A stretch of 64,000 nt of DNA from Torpedo marmorata (lineage: Eukaryota): assembly GCA_977017645.1 (NCBI GenBank), contig OZ360237.1, positions 44,454,001 to 44,518,000 on the forward strand. The letters are read 5' to 3'. A model generated the notes under the pieces. The model was given only the letters and a program-made list of their open reading frames with translations. It did not search any database and was not told the DNA's origin. Positions 1-12,300 of the stretch are shown here, in pieces. The position numbers and the translations under genes are program-made. The first letter of the stretch is position 1. The number at the start of each line of letters is the position of its first letter.

Positions 1-254
1 ACAACTATCATCCACACTGCAATTTCTCATGAGACTGCCCTGGGAAAATTGCTATTGCTTTGTCCTTCTTTGAACAGTAAATTGACTTTGTACAATTTAA
101 ACATCCTGTTCCTTCTCCTATTCACTGGCTGCACAGCTTTGTCAAATGGACAACAAAGAACTATTTGAAATAAACAAATGCAGGTGATACAAGAATAGGT
201 AGGGCAACAATATCCTTGCATGATGCTCCAGTACAATGCAGTTTAAATACAAAC

Positions 255-389
255 CCCTTCAGCCTTTCTTCAGCTGTCAGCAACGCTTCCTCTGCAGCAC
301 TTCTCCTTAGTTCTTCATCTGTGAGCATTTCTGCTAACTGGGCCAGCTCCTGATGGGCAGATGCATTACGTTGCTCAGATTCTGCCAGC
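255..389 (-). CDS. giantin-like exon (135 nt, phase 2-2) [15 protein letters not shown]...EERLK
   Basis: tgtag| acceptor, |gtttgt donor; similar to the giantin C-terminal coiled coil preceding the tail anchor. Confidence 0.85.
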
Positions 390-3300
390 CTACATGATCA
401 ACAATAGAGAAAAGTGATTTAGTGGGAACTGAAGAAAGAATTTATGTTTGCTTGGCGCCTTCAAGATATCCCACATGTCCTATCGTCCTTTGGCATCAAA
501 TCAGTGCTTTATGAAATCCAGGTATTTTCCAGACAAACCAGAGACCAATTCATTTTTTTAAATAAATCTTGAGTATTACGAATACCCACCCATGCAAATT
601 ATCTTCCAGGGATATTTTATGTCCCCCAGAGTAGACAGTTCCTTTTAGGCAGGACTCTGACTTAAGAGGCGTTCAGTTAAAATCCCGCAGGTGGCAGCTT
701 CGCACCATTGGCTCCCCAGCCAAGCACATACGCCAAACGTCCGAACCTGCGGTTCCTCTCATACGGAGCAGGATTACAATTGAAACAACACATTAATCCC
801 TCTGTTTAAAGTCAGCACCTCCTCAGTACACTAACATCAGCCCTTATTATGTACCAAAGCGCTAAAATCCATTAGAAACCAAGAATATTTGACTGAAACA
901 GAGTCATGAAAATTTAATGAAACTATATATGGTTGATACTCATGACTTAACTTAGTTGAACCATAAGGGAATACTTGCACAAAGCAATTTGCTGTTAAAG
1001 CACTGAAGATTTAGCAATGTGTTTAATTAACTGAGAATTGCACCATAACCGTGCTCATCTGAGGATCACTGATTGCCTTGGAATTTATACAGTAAAAGTC
1101 CAAAAATCCGGATGCCAGAAATCCGGACCACCCGAGAATCCAGACTTCTCAAAAACTCTCGGCTTTTGTGTGCATGCTTGATTAAGTGCCACAGATGCAG
1201 AGCGGCAACAAGCGACCACGCGGAAGTCGCGGAAATATAAGAAAAAATATTTATTTGTTTTTTGTACTTTTTATTTTCTATGAAAAAATGTTTCGTTAAT
1301 AAACTATCAAAATGTACCTGTTTATGCTCCTTAAATTTGAATTTTAAAAGTACTGTCCAAGAAACCAGAAAATCTGGACCAACCCAATCCCCCAGCAGTC
1401 TGGATTTTAGGATTTTTACTGTACCAAATTGCCAGGTTGGTGAATTTTAATTCACTTTACATATTCGGTGAAAAGCTGCGAATCCAAAACTTTTTAACGT
1501 CAGACACAGCACAAAATATTTCACAAATTGCGAGTTACAAGGAACAATAGACTCATCATCCTTCATGCAGGTAAGCGTTGAAGATGGCCAATAAAGAGAA
1601 CTGCCCACTATTCTCTGGAAAAGGACTCCTCCTTTTCCTGTAACAAGTGATATCTGATGTTATGCAACTTTAAACTGTGATCTTTGTTTTGGCACCTTCT
1701 AAACTCTCCTTTCTTTGTGCATCCAATAAAGTCATGGATCTTTTCATTACTGCAAGAGTGAAAGGCTTATGAGTGGACCTTAGCTTAGCACGATCATGAA
1801 TTGTTCATGTATCATTTCAAGTACAGGTTGTACCTCTCTTATCCGGCACTCTGTGGTCCGGCAACTCCCATGGTATGGCACGTTTGAATCTGCTGCCGTT
1901 AGTACAAACTCCTTACAGACAGCGCGGGACTCGAACCCCGGTCCCAAACGCTGGCGCTGTAAAGGCGTTGCGCTAACCGCTATGCTAACTATGCCGCCCA
2001 CAGTATTATTTTCTGTTCTAAGCTTGGTTCTACCTTTGATATGTTTACATAGGGGGTTCCCTTAGGGGTTAATTTCTTTTTTCTGGCATTTTCTGTCGTC
2101 CAGCAATGGCCAGGTCCCAACGTCACCGGATTAAAGCAGTACAACCTGTAGTGGGCAGCCAAAGCCAGTTCAACTATCTGCCTCTCACCACAATCACGAG
2201 TCTTGGTTATTATGGTCCAGCTCCATTTCACCGATCGTTTCTTGACCAACTCAGGTATGGCATCACACAAAGTTTCTCCAATTTCCTTTTTTCATGCCTT
2301 CAAGTGAAACTGAAATTCACGGTATTCACACTGCTATTCTCCGCATGTAGTTGACACTTCTCTCATTCACTAATCCATGACCTAAACTGTTTCTATGGCA
2401 TCTTATCCTTTATACTTTTGCTGCTAAAGATTTTCTGTTACTGCAATTATTTGCCATAAATAAATTTTGCCAATAAAGTTAATAATTTAAAGCCAGTTAC
2501 ATTTCAGAATTGATGAAACCTTTACTGCATTTTAACATTCCTCCTGTCAAAAAAAACAAACAAGAACAGCACTCACCTTCTCCGTAGCTCATTCAGCTCC
2601 AAGTTGTCAATCTCAACTATGATACTGGCACGCTCTTGCGGAGCGCCTGGTGGAACATCTTCACTTGTCTCATGCTACAATACAGGCAAAATGAGACTTA
2701 AAACTTGAATTAATCTTTGCCTCACCTGTAAAGTCACAGTCACTATTTAAACCTGGGCTGAATGTGAACAGTTAATGTTTATGCCAAACAGCTACAAAGC
2801 TGAGCAGAAGAAACCTGCATTTCTGACCACATGGTTGATCATTCTGTGATGCCTCCGCTACAAGCGATCTTAACATGTATTTAAATTCCATCTCTGAAGG
2901 AATGTGAAATGGACAGGAAAATGGCAAGGAGTTGAGAGTTAACTTTACAGTTGTAGAGGAGCAAAATACACCAATTAGGTGGGAAGTGTATATGGTACAC
3001 TTCAACACCAAATATGAATGTAGAGCTGAGCACGAATTAAACGTCAATTTGGAAGGTCAAACAACAAGGTCTCAACAGCAATTGCAGGCACTAGTGCCAA
3101 TAAATGGCACATCTCCAGTTGAGCATACACAAAGAATAGTAGCATAGGTTTACGTGGAAAATGATTCACATTCAGCAAAATATTTTCCACATCTGACCAA
3201 GTAAAAACACAATGCTGAAGAAACTCAGCAAGTCAAACAGTGCACTTTATGCAGCAAAGATAAAGATACATAACCAATGTTTCAGGCTTGAGCCCTTCAT

Positions 3301-6300
3301 CAAAATAGGTATGAGCACATCTGACCAGTTCTTCCCCGAACATCATCCTATTTTTTTTGTCTTGTTTGTTTATTTAAGTTTCTTTCCTTCGATATTTCAA
3401 GAAAAATGAATAAAAGAATAAAAAGTAACTTGACCCAATGAGTGACCATACTTACTTGTACTTCATGCTGGAAAGATGAGTGCAGTGCTTGATATTGTCT
3501 TTCTAGAATGTAGTGGCGATCTTGCAGATCCCCATAACGCGACTGTGTATCACGCAGATTCTGAGACACTGTTTTCAGCTGAGAGGTTAACGCTGATCTA
3601 TCTTCCAAGATCTGATTAACCTGTGCCAGCCAATGAGTAAAGAATTGTAAGAGCTGATTTCTTTGTGATCTCTGCACAATCGGCAGAGATGCAAGGAATT
3701 TGTAATCATGCTAGTAGCAGTGTGACCTTGTCACTCACGTTACCTTGCTGTTTAGCTGTTGAAATTTCAGTTCTTTTTGATGAATTTCTTGAAGGTAACC
3801 TTGAACTGCACTCTGCAGTTGTTTCTTTTCTACCAACAGAGTCTTGACTTGATCAGCAACATTCCCAGTGCCCAGTAAAGACTCTGTTTCTAATGGCTGA
3901 AATAAAACCAAAATGTTTTAAAATCTTTTATTGCAGTATACACACTATCAGAACTCAAAATCACAGTATTTAGCTTGCTACATATTTTCCATCTTGGACA
4001 AATACTTCCATAAACTGTGGATTAGAAATAATTTCCCAGCCTTTTTAAAATCAGTAGATAATAATCATCTTTGACTCAAATTATGAAATAGCAAACTTCT
4101 TAACCAAAAAGTACCCTGATCTTACTGAAATGGTTTCTGATAATTAAATTAGCATTAGGAGATGTGTCCCCCACAGGTGTGTGGTTCTGAAGTGGAGCAC
4201 TCCGCTCCCCACAGATTTTGAATCGGGGATTAGATCGGAGGTCCAGCAGATATTGCTGGGTCTCCTCAGAGTGCCCCAACTCCTACAATCAGCAGTGAAC
4301 AGTGCTCAAATATATATTGACTTAAAACATAATGTAACAAGCGAAATGGTTGGCGCAGCGGTTAGCGCAACGCCTTTACAGCACCAGCGATCGGGACCGG
4401 GGTTCGAATCTCGCGCTGTCTGTAAGGAGTTGGTACGTTCTCCCCACGTCTGCATGGGTTTTCCCCGGGGGCTCCGGTTTTCTCCCACCGTTCGAAACAT
4501 ACCGGGGGTGTAGGTTAATTGGGTGTAAACTGGGCGGCATGAACTCGTGGGCTGAAATGGCCTGTTACCATGCTGTATGTCTAAATTAATTTTAAACATG
4601 GCTGCCATGGGCAAAAAAAAATTGCTGGGTACTTATTTTTTGACTAACTTTGATTCGGGGACTGAGTACAATAACTCTGAAGCTTGGAATGTGAACTCAC
4701 TATATACAGCGAGTTCTCACATGCAAACATTTTTTTTAATATAAAGTGTTTACCTTTATCTGGTGCATACCACTAACATTCCCCAATTCAGCACGCCACA
4801 CTTCTTGGTTCAGTTTCCTCAGTTCCGCAATCTGTCTGTCTCTGTCTGCCACTGCGGCAACGTACTGCTCTTTCACGGCTTCAGACTCTGAAAGCAGCAA
4901 ATTCTTCTCTGACCTGGAACAACAGAATCAGTTTTCTCTTCAATCTTTCAAATCGCTTGGGAAAAAAAACATTTTAGTTAAGAAAAACATGCACTATGAT
5001 GCTGCCGCAAAGCACCGAATTTCATGACTTGTTCATGACAATAAATTCTGATTCTGATTCTGATTCATTGATAGACTTGAAGGAAAATAAAAACTGCACA
5101 ATGTCCATTGTAAAAACGTATGGTCTACTTGTGACCCCACAACATAATTTTTATGAATTCTTAATATTCTCTGAAATTGTGTCACAATCACTCAGTAGTC
5201 ATCACTACAATCTCAACAGCACAAAATACTAATCTTGCAGGGATGCTCACATACCTTGAAAGAAAACAAAAACAGAGAAATACTTTATATTTTCTGATGA
5301 CATCGGAGGCCATTCAGCCCATCTGCCTCCTCCTCCAACCCCGTAACGTCTCTCACGTGCCCATCAACACCCTTGATTCTGCTGTCACTCACTTACCGTC
5401 GGAAGAATTTAGCCAGTTAATAGCACGCCCTTGGGAACAGAGAGGAAACTGGAGCAAACACATGCAGTTACAAGGAGGCTGCGCAAATTCCACACAGGCA
5501 GCGCCCGAGGTCTGGGTCGAACCCAGGATGCTGGAGCTGTGAGGCAGCACCACTAACTGCTGTGCCAGTGTGCTGTAACTGGTCACGAGCATGATTCAAT
5601 TTAAAACACTGCCATTAACAGTCAAGTGTTGAAGGGTTGTTCCTTTCCGCATTATGGACTTGGGGCCAAATTTTTAGGTCCCAAAACTAAACCAAGTATT
5701 AAAGTAATCCCATATAAAAAGATTTATGACAATGATTCATGGTTATTTCCAACTGACCACAATATATACTGACCTCCTCCTTGCTCACAACTAAACTACA
5801 ACTGCTGACCGTAAGCAAGCTTAAAAAGTGCTCTCTTCTAGAGTACGGTAGTTCTGGATTTTAGACTGACATTTCAGTGCAACATTGAGGGAGAACTTTT
5901 TTTTAAACCAGAGGTGCCCTTTGTTTGGATGTGGAGGTGAGGTGGCCGTGTTTTGAAATTAACCACTTCTGCATCACCTGGCTGACAGCCCATTGATTCT
6001 TTGAACAAGACCTTGGTGAAGTGGTCTGCTGGGATATCAACTTCCTGTTGGCTGACACACCCTGCTGCAGTCTCTCAAAGCAAAAAGCACACAATACACC
6101 CCCTTGTAAAACTCTCAAGTGGTTGTGAATCACTCAAACATTATAAAGTAAATATGCCATTAAAAATTAACTTCAAAAAAGTAATATCTCAATTAAACAT
6201 TGGAACACAACTAAACATTTAAATTAATTCAATCAAATCAAATTTAAAATAAACTAATTTGTACCAGAGAACATCTGTTTAAGGTGAGTGGAGGAAAGTT

Positions 6301-9300
6301 TAGGGGAGATGTCAGAGGGAAGTTTTTTTACTCAGAGAGTGGTAGGTGCCTGGAATGCATTGCCAGGGGTGGTGGTGGAGGCTGGTACAATAGGGACATT
6401 GAAAAGACTCTTAAATAGGCACATAGACGCAAGAAAAATAGGAGGGTTATGGGTGTGAGGTAGGGAAAAAATATGATTGCTGTGAAGTAGGTTTACATGG
6501 ATCAACACAACATAATGGGCTGAAGGGCCTGTACTGTGCTGTAATGTTCTATGTACTTATTCATCCTGAAACCCAAGTGAGGTATATTCAAAGGTTGTCT
6601 ATATCACTTCACTGGACTTCCTGAATACTTCATTGGTACACTGCAGGCATCCCTAAAGCACCATCTGTACTGAGCCTCCACCCAAACAGGTGGTTAAAAC
6701 CTGGTCAATGGGAGCAGTTGAACCAGATTTTAAAATGGCAAATATGGCCCTACAATTTATGAACCCCATCTACTGAAGTAGATGCGAAAAGGTCCCATTG
6801 AACCATTGGAACGAGGAGCAGGGTCTCCTCCTACAACGTTGGTTGATATTCATTCGTCCGGGTATTCAATCATCTATTGCTATTTGACATCACCACAAGG
6901 AAATTGACAGCTGTACTTACTCATCACTCACACTTCAAATGCAATTCACTGGCCAGGGCGTAAAGAACGCTGGGACATCCTGATTAGCTAAAATGGCACA
7001 ATACAAATACTTCAATTGAACTGAGATCCGAAACGCAAGTGCTACCAAACCTCAGCTCGGCCAATTCATTCCGGCAAGAAGACAGATCTTGCTCTGTGCG
7101 TTCTTGCAGCTTTGCTTGCTGAAGAAGTTTTTCCAGTTCTTCTACTTTGTTTTTGAACCATGTTATCTCAGAGGATTCGGCGCTCTTCCTTAATTTCTGC
7201 TCTTTAAGAACAGCTCCCTTTACCTGAAAAGTGAAAATCGCCTTCAATTTTTCCACAAACGTGAATGCAACACATGGTATCAACATATCTCCACAAAGTC
7301 CACCATCTTTAAAACAAAATCTAAACATGGATCTTTCCCCATCATATACAGACTAAGGGACAAGTCCCATCAATGCGCATTCTCATGGTTTCAATTGTAT
7401 TACCTCGAGATAGTTCACTGTTCAATTTACTCAATTGTTTCCTTAAACATTACTTAATGGGCTCCATACTTCCAAAAAGAAATGATACTTATCACGTAAA
7501 TTATATGTAATTTTTTCGATTCTCCTTACTCTATCCTTTTCTTCTTCTTTCTTTCTTTTCGGGAGGGTTAGGGAGGGGAGGGTGGGAGGTAGGGGGGGTG
7601 AAAATGTATCACATGTAATTTGAGGAATTTGCGTTTTAAACTGTGTATTGTGTGATTTAAAAATTTTAAATAAAATATTTAAACATTACTTAATGAAAAT
7701 GCTCTTTTAAAGGTTAGTTTTTAAGCTGGTGCTTGAAGTAGAAAAAAAACAGCGATTTCTACCTTGAGATCATCTGTTTGCCTGATCTGGAGTTTGGAAA
7801 TATCCTGCAGAAGTCTGTCCCTCTCGCCCTGCAAAGCCATCAACATTTTTTCAAACGATTCTGTACGAGAAGCTAACTCCTTGTTCTCGTTTATAACACC
7901 CAAAAGACGTTGCTCCATCACTGAATATGATGATCCCACCAATTTTTCTTCAGCTTGTTCCTGCAATATCCCATCAGTACTTTCAGACGTTTTAATTCCT
8001 GCCTTTAATTTAGCCAGATTTTCAACTTCAGTAAATTTGCTTTCAAGTTCTTTGAAGTCAGCTCCTCTAATATTGGACTCTTTTTTGAGTTCTTCACATT
8101 CCAGAGTTTTTTCTTCAAGCTTTTTTTCAAGCTCTAGAATTAACTGTCTCTTGCTTGCTTCAGATTTATCATCTTCCTTTTGTAATCCAACAGCCTTGTG
8201 CTCTGTAAATTGTTCCAAAATTCGCGCATTCTCCTCTTGCAAGGACTTCAGGCTTTCATTACTTTTTTCAAGGGATCTTTGTGCAACTTTCCATTGCTCT
8301 TCAAAGTTGGATCTTTCATTCTCCAAATTCTTAATTTGCTGCAATTGTTTTTGCAACAGCTCCTTCAACTGATTATCCTTCAGTGATAAAACCTGGTTGA
8401 GCTCCTCCCTATATTTAGCCAACTGTGCTTTCAGCATTGCATTTTCAGAATTAAGGTCATCCATCTGGTTGAGCATATTTCTAATCTCTTGCTTCAGTTC
8501 ATTGTTTTCAGTTGCACTCTCCTGAATAATGCAATCCTTCTGGCTGAGCATGTCGAGATGTCGCTGTTCGAGCTGTGTGTATTCTGATAAGATGCGGTCC
8601 CGGTCATCTTGCAGGGAGGCCATGGACTTCGTGAAGGCATCCACTTTGTCGACAGCTTTGTCCCTTTCTTCCCTCGTCTTATTAAGCTGAACCTCTAACT
8701 CTTTCATATCACTGGCTCCTCTCTTGTTGTCTTGACGGAGAATCTTCAACTTCTTTTCATAGTCATCTATTTGCTTTTTCTGTTGCTGCTGGACTTCCAT
8801 GACATATTCCGAAATTTCACTGTCTTTTGATGAGACAAGTTTTGAGATCTCTGCATCTTTGTTGGTCAACATTAGCTTCAGTTGCTGGGAAATGGCACCC
8901 TGTTTCTGAAGATCAGCCTGCAATTTCTCATTATCAGCCTGAAGCTGATGACTCTCGCACTGTTTATCTGCCAGATCTTTTATCAGGGCTTGCTCTGATA
9001 CTTTCAATTCCGTCACAGACTGGCTCGCGTCGGACAGCTGTGTGCCTAAATAATTATTTTCCTGCAACAATTTGGACAAAGCTGCCTCCTTGTCTTTTAA
9101 TGACCCTTCCATCTCTTCGATTTTTTCTGACTGCTTGCAAATGACTTCTTTCATCTTGATCATTTCACTTTGATGCTTGATTTCAGCATCCACACTGCCC
9201 GCACTAAGTTCATTTATTGTCTGCTCCAGCTTTGATGTTCTGAATTGGAGTTCTTGAAGGTCGAATGATTTTACTTTCACCTCCTCGTGAAGCTTTTGTA

Positions 9301-12300
9301 ACATTTCTTCCTTTACTTGCACTTGATTTTCCTTACTTTGGATGGTGTCTTGGAATCGAGTCTCCCATTTTTTGGTCTCTTCAATGATCCTGTCTCTGTC
9401 ATCTTGAAGAGAGGACATCGATCTGGTGAATGCTGCCAGTTTAGCCAAATTGTTATTCAGCTCATCCCGCAGCTTTTTTATGAGAAGATCCCTGCCATTT
9501 ATTTCAGCTTGTAATTCTAAGATTTCTCCAACCACTCTATCTTTGTCCCGTTCCACCAAATCCAGTTTGTCCTGATAACTTAGCATCTCTTTTTGATGAA
9601 TTGTTTTCTGTTGATCCAAAATCTCAAGGAGCTCTTTCTCTTTTTCAGTAATTTGAGCTTTTGTCTTCTCTTCATTCTTCCGTAGGTCTTCTGTTAACCC
9701 TGAGCACTTCATGCGAGCGCTTTCGGCTTCAGTTCTGGTGTCACGGAGCAAGACTTTATAAGCTGCAAGTTCTTCTTGAACAAATTTGACTTGTCTTTCA
9801 GAATCAGAAGCTTTTGCGTTCATTGACTCCAGTTTCCTGCCCATTTCTTCACAGGTAGACTCTGATGTTTTGACACTTCGCTCCAAGTCCAAAATGAGCT
9901 CTTGGTACTTGATGCAGTCCTTCTGTATCTGAATTATTTCCTGGTGTTTCTCTTTTAACAGTTCTTGCAGCTCCTTGGTTTCACTCTTGGATGTGGTCTT
10001 ACCCCTTCGAGCAGACCGGAGACGCTCCTCAAATTCTCTCACCAGTTTTACTTCTTGGGCTTCCTTTTCTCTGATTAAATGATGCTTCTCTTCTTTGAAG
10101 CAGTCTAATTCATTGACAAGTGATTTGTTTTGTAGATGAAGTGTCTTTAATGCTTCAGTTAACTGATCGATCTTGTTGACGTTTTGAAGTAACTCTGCCT
10201 CCAGATACTCCCTCTCATTTTTGACCTTGTCTGACATGTCCTGGACATTTTCAAGTTCCTCCTGGAGAAGAGATTTGTCATCCTCTAAAATTTTGACTTT
10301 TTCATTTAAGTTTACAGTCTCAAGCTGACAAGCTTTTATTCCTTGTTGAAGCTGTGAAATTATACTGTTTCTTTCACGCACCTCCGCTGTGAGGCGAGAC
10401 TCTAACTGTCGAAGCTTCTCAGACAACAATGGTCTTGCTTGCTCCAAAATGGGGACCTCTCCCTCCTTGACTGTAAGCGTGTCTTCCAGGGATTGCATTT
10501 CTGAAGACAGTGGCTCATTTACTAGGGACTTGATATTGGAATGATCAAATGCATCTTCACCCTGTAGCTCCTCCATGATAGACAAGGATGAATTAAATTC
10601 ATTCAGCAGATACTCTCTCTCTTTTTGGGTTTTGTCAAATTCTGCTTTAAGCTCGTCAAAAGTTTGCTTCAGTAACGAGTTTTCTTCCCGGAGCTGATTA
10701 TATTGTGTAGACAATTCACTGGCGTGACTTTGCTTTGCAGTAGAAATAGTCTGCAACTCGTTTCTCATTTTTTCAATCTCTTCCTCAAGCTCCTGAACTC
10801 GTTGCTGCTTGGATTTTGCAAACTTTCTCATTTTTTCCTTTATTTTTTCATTTTCATCGGCAGCCTCCTCAAGCTGCCTCTCAGTGTTTTGTCGTTCAGC
10901 TTCGACATCGCGGAGTTTGAAGAAAACATCCTGTTTCTCCTTCCTTGCTGTCTCAACTATCTGCCTCATCTTATCCATTTCATTTCCAATATTTTCATAG
11001 GATTGTAAAAGGGACTCATACTCATGCTTTAATTCATCGTGTTTCATCTTCCACTCTGATAACTCTGCCGTCTGGGAATTTTTCAGCGAGTCCAACTGAT
11101 GAGAATATTGTTGCTTCTCTTGAGTTAGGATTTCCAGTGTATGCTTCAGACTTTCACAGGCAGCATTTAGGTTCTGTTTCTCTGCGAATACACTATCAAC
11201 TTCAGAAAGAAGCCTCCTCTTCTCTTCCTGGTGTGCTAATGCTGCTTGTTGCAAGAGCTCCAGTTGTTTCTTCATTTCAGACAAGCTTCTTTCAAGTGCA
11301 GGAATCTTTGAAAGAAGTTCTTCCTTTTCAGATGTTAAAACATTAATGTCATGTTTCAGAGATTTGTTTTCTTTCAGGACCTCTTTCCGAGATACAAGCG
11401 CTGCTTGCAGTTTTCTCTGCATCAGCTCTTTAGACTTGCTTTCCTCAGAACTATCTACTGACCTCTGCTGAACCTCACTGGTGCAAGCCTTTGTTCTTTC
11501 ATTTTGTGCGTTGTGAAAGATTGCTTGTTTATGTATTTGTAATTCCAGCTCCTCAACATGTTTTTCCTTCTCAGACAATGTGCCTTCCAGTAACTTAATG
11601 GCACTCTCTCGCTCTTCTAAATTCTCACGTGCCTTCGCCAGCTCTGACTGCACAGCCAATAACTGAGTTGCATGCACCCTCTCCTCCTCCTGAGGCTGCC
11701 AAGACTGTTTCAATACGGCTTTAAGCTCTGCATTCTGCACCTGAAAGGCAGCCAGCTGTGCCTGGAGATTATCTTTCTCACTGTTTAAATCCAGCAGTTG
11801 TGTTTTGAGACAATCCACATCTGCCGCTTCGGTTGCTAAAGAACAAGAGTAATTCTCTTTGTCTTTCAACGCTTCCTCGAGAGCAATTTTGAGGGTTTGG
11901 GCTTCGGCTTGGGTTGACTGCCAATGATTTTGAAGCCAGTGAATCTCTGCTGTCTGCCTCTCCTTTTCTTCTTGTAGCTGTTGCTCCAGAATAATTATGG
12001 ACTGCTTCATCATTTCTGCCTCTTCTGATTTTTCAGCAATCCTGGTTTGTGAGTATCCCAACTCTGTCATTAACTCAATTTTTTCTTGCTGTTGGTGGTT
12101 GCTGCTATCTTCATGGTTTTTTATGGCAGCCTCTTTGACAGATAATGTGGAAACCATGCTAGCTAATTTATTTTCAAGGGTTTGAATTTTGTCGTGCTGA
12201 CCTTCAAATGTAAGCATTTTGCTCTCTTCTTCTTCAAGCTGAACTTTAAGCTGCTCCACCATTTTTTCTTTATCATTAAGCAAAATATTGGCTGAATGTA

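Noticed and set aside
685-752. snoRNA or miRNA hairpin (ccgcaggt...acctgcgg)
   Set aside because: Explained as part of the 28S rRNA fragment
4346-4420. tRNA gene (A and B boxes)
   Set aside because: No complete cloverleaf; it is the head of a multi-copy V-SINE
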